A stretch of 64,000 bases of DNA from Thermotogota bacterium (GTDB taxonomy: Bacteria > Hydrothermota > Hydrothermia > LBFQ01): the NCBI GenBank assembly GCA_013153965.1, contig JAADDJ010000052.1, positions 5,944 through 69,943 on the forward strand, in the 5' to 3' direction. The notes under the pieces are model-generated. The model did not search any database. It was given only the letters and a program-made list of their open reading frames with translations, and had not been told where the DNA came from. Shown one piece after another: positions 62,249 to 64,000 of this stretch; positions within the stretch are counted from its first letter, which is position 1, and each line of letters opens with the position of its first letter. A program made the position numbers and the translations under genes.

Positions 62249-64000
62249 TCATCTCACGAGCACCTTGTACCGCTTGCCCCCGGATACCACGAAGTATATT
62301 CCCTTCGGGAGCCTCAAGGTCTTGCCCCTACCCTCATAGACCAGGCGTCCCGTTATCGTATAGACCCTAACGTAGGAGAGGTCGGCAACGTCATCGGCGC
62401 CGATCATCTCATCCACACCCAACTCATCCCCCTCACCCACGGGGGTATCCAGCGAGCCGAAGAAGCTCGCATAGACTATGCTATCCCGAGGGAGGATACA
62501 GTCGGGAGGCTCCCAGAAATACACGAAGGCGTTGTCCAGACCGCTACCGACGGATATGTCGTCCGAGGACAGGGTGTAGGTCCAGCTGTTGCCATCGGCG
62601 TTGGGCCAGCGGGTGTGATAGACGAAGTCGGGAACGGCGACGGATGAGCCATCGTAATAGACGGCGAAGAGGTGATACTTGGAGCCCGTGGGGGGATCCG
62701 TATCCGACTCCCGCATGAGGTCAAACGTGGGAGGGATGGGAGGTCCAACCTGCACGGGTCTCGTTATCTGCGGGCCGCAGCTCAGGCTGAAGGCGCTGAA
62801 GTAGTCGCACTGGTACTGGGCGGGGTGGTCGGTCGCATCCACGTGGGTGTCGTACTCCCACCTGACGCCGATCTGGGCGCAGGCGGATGAGTTGTTTATG
62901 ACGGTCGTCTTATGCCAGAGACGTGAGGAATTTACGTCGGAGCCCGTGATCCAGAATGCCTCCCGGACGCGGAGCGTGTCCGCGCCGTTCCTTATGTCGT
63001 ATATGAACTCCACGCTCGGGACCGATGGGTCGCACACCACCGCCGTGGCGTAATTCTCCAGCATCTGCGTGGTGAATCCGGAGGGAGGCGTCGCCGACTG
63101 GCCGACGTAATCGGTGCTGGTGTTGAGGGAGTGGATCGTCGTCCAGCTGGACCATGCGGACGGCGGTGAGAATTGGGCACCGTACAGGAGCGTTATGTTG
63201 GGATAGGTGTGGGAGGGTCCGGTTCGGGCCGTGTAGGTTCCGAAATCATCCTCAACCTTCAGGTCAAACCACCACTCCAGATAGGAGTTGGATATGCTGT
63301 AGGGCTCGGGTATGTAGCGCGAGGGTACGAATCCCCCGTCGTCGGCGTTGAAGTCGTAGTACGCCAGAGTTATATCCGGCCCATACACCAGACCCAGAAC
63401 GCTCACGGAGTCAATATACCACCCCGCGTAGGTGATGGAGCCGTCGCTCTTGAAACGGAAGCGAAAGAGAATGTCGCTGCCGGCGTAGGGGGTCAAATCC
63501 ACATTCGCCAAGGCCCACGTGGAGTCGTGTCCCCTGTAGGCGGGAGAAATCTTGCTCCAGTTGGAGCCTCCGTCGGTGGATATCTCAACCCACCCGGAAT
63601 CGTATCCGGTCTCCGTGTCATACCAGTGGTAGAAACGGAGGACGAAGTTCGTATATATCCCCGTCAGGGATATGGGGGTGCCCTTCTGGAGGGCCTCGTC
63701 GGCATCGTTGTTGTACCCTCCAGCCAAATTCGTGGCCCAAACCCTCGTTCCATAGAGGGCAGACCCCGGACCGGACGTGGGGGTTCCCCTCTCCCACGGG
63801 GCGGTTCCACCCAAGGATACGGGCGTTAGGTCCCCGTCGTCCGAGCTCTCAAAGGAGCTGGCGTAGAGCTGGTCCGACAGGAGAACGCTCTTCTCAAATA
63901 TCTCAACGTCATCTATGTACCATCCCTCGTATGTGGTGCTTCCATCGCTCGTGAAGACGAAGGCTACGCGGGTGGAGGCGCTGTTGGCGCAGACGCTTAT
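62249..64000 (-). CDS. Large secreted protein with T9SS-type C-terminal sorting domain and tandem GWYID[DS]V-containing repeats (partial, continues past right edge)
   Basis: Track lists 62249..63814 from a TTG, but the frame stays open to position 64000 (...GSTTYEGWYIDDVEIFEKS...). C-terminus GRLVYEGRGKTLRLPKGIYFVVSGGKRYKVLVR parallels the 22420 gene. Second GWYIDSVSV copy inside. Confidence 0.55.
   Translation of the reverse strand: MSVCANSASTRVAFVFTSDGSTTYEGWYIDDVEIFEKSVLLSDQLYASSFESSDDGDLTPVSLGGTAPWERGTPTSGPGSALYGTRVWATNLAGGYNNDADEALQKGTPISLTGIYTNFVLRFYHWYDTETGYDSGWVEISTDGGSNWSKISPAYRGHDSTWALANVDLTPYAGSDILFRFRFKSDGSITYAGWYIDSVSVLGLVYGPDITLAYYDFNADDGGFVPSRYIPEPYSISNSYLEWWFDLKVEDDFGTYTARTGPSHTYPNITLLYGAQFSPPSAWSSWTTIHSLNTSTDYVGQSATPPSGFTTQMLENYATAVVCDPSVPSVEFIYDIRNGADTLRVREAFWITGSDVNSSRLWHKTTVINNSSACAQIGVRWEYDTHVDATDHPAQYQCDYFSAFSLSCGPQITRPVQVGPPIPPTFDLMRESDTDPPTGSKYHLFAVYYDGSSVAVPDFVYHTRWPNADGNSWTYTLSSDDISVGSGLDNAFVYFWEPPDCILPRDSIVYASFFGSLDTPVGEGDELGVDEMIGADDVADLSYVRVYTITGRLVYEGRGKTLRLPKGIYFVVSGGKRYKVLVR

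Overview
The window is GC-rich (~60%) and densely coding: about 75 CDS and one tRNA, with no rRNA, CRISPR array, transposase or integrase found. Content is mostly chromosomal housekeeping. This includes uvrA, etfBA, yggS, queC, ptsN, rpsT, a PBP1A gene, lepB, dnaB, a truncated spc ribosomal cluster (rpsN-rpsH-rplF-rplR-rpsE-rpmD) running straight into mreB-mreC, and recR/ybaB/meaB/argF. Two large secreted proteins carry T9SS-like C-terminal sorting domains and a partial DUF2723-like membrane protein lies at the left edge. Together with lysine/glutamate-rich proteins this suggests a thermophilic member of the FCB group (inference). The most interesting locus is an overlapping gene pair on the minus strand at 36092..37047. 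It encodes a ThsB/DUF1863-like TIR-domain protein followed by a small 3-TM protein. The pair is flanked by two paralogous small membrane proteins and sits directly downstream of a mannosyl-3-phosphoglycerate-synthase-like glycosyltransferase. I propose it as a candidate undescribed TIR-based (Thoeris/SLATT-like) defence module. A second striking feature is a pervasive leaderless architecture. At most operon-first genes a TAnAAT hexamer (TATAAT, TAGAAT, TACAAT or TAAAAT) sits 7-11 nt upstream of the start codon. Two extended conserved variants recur: CCAGTATAATACCCGCYT (in five places) and GCTTYCGGCGGTAAAAT (in two). Genes internal to operons, and the TIR gene, use strong Shine-Dalgarno sites instead. 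The six-frame track omits ORFs truncated by the window edges; I recovered two of these by eye (1..2858 minus, 62249..64000 minus). Many listed ORFs are antisense artefacts of high GC.
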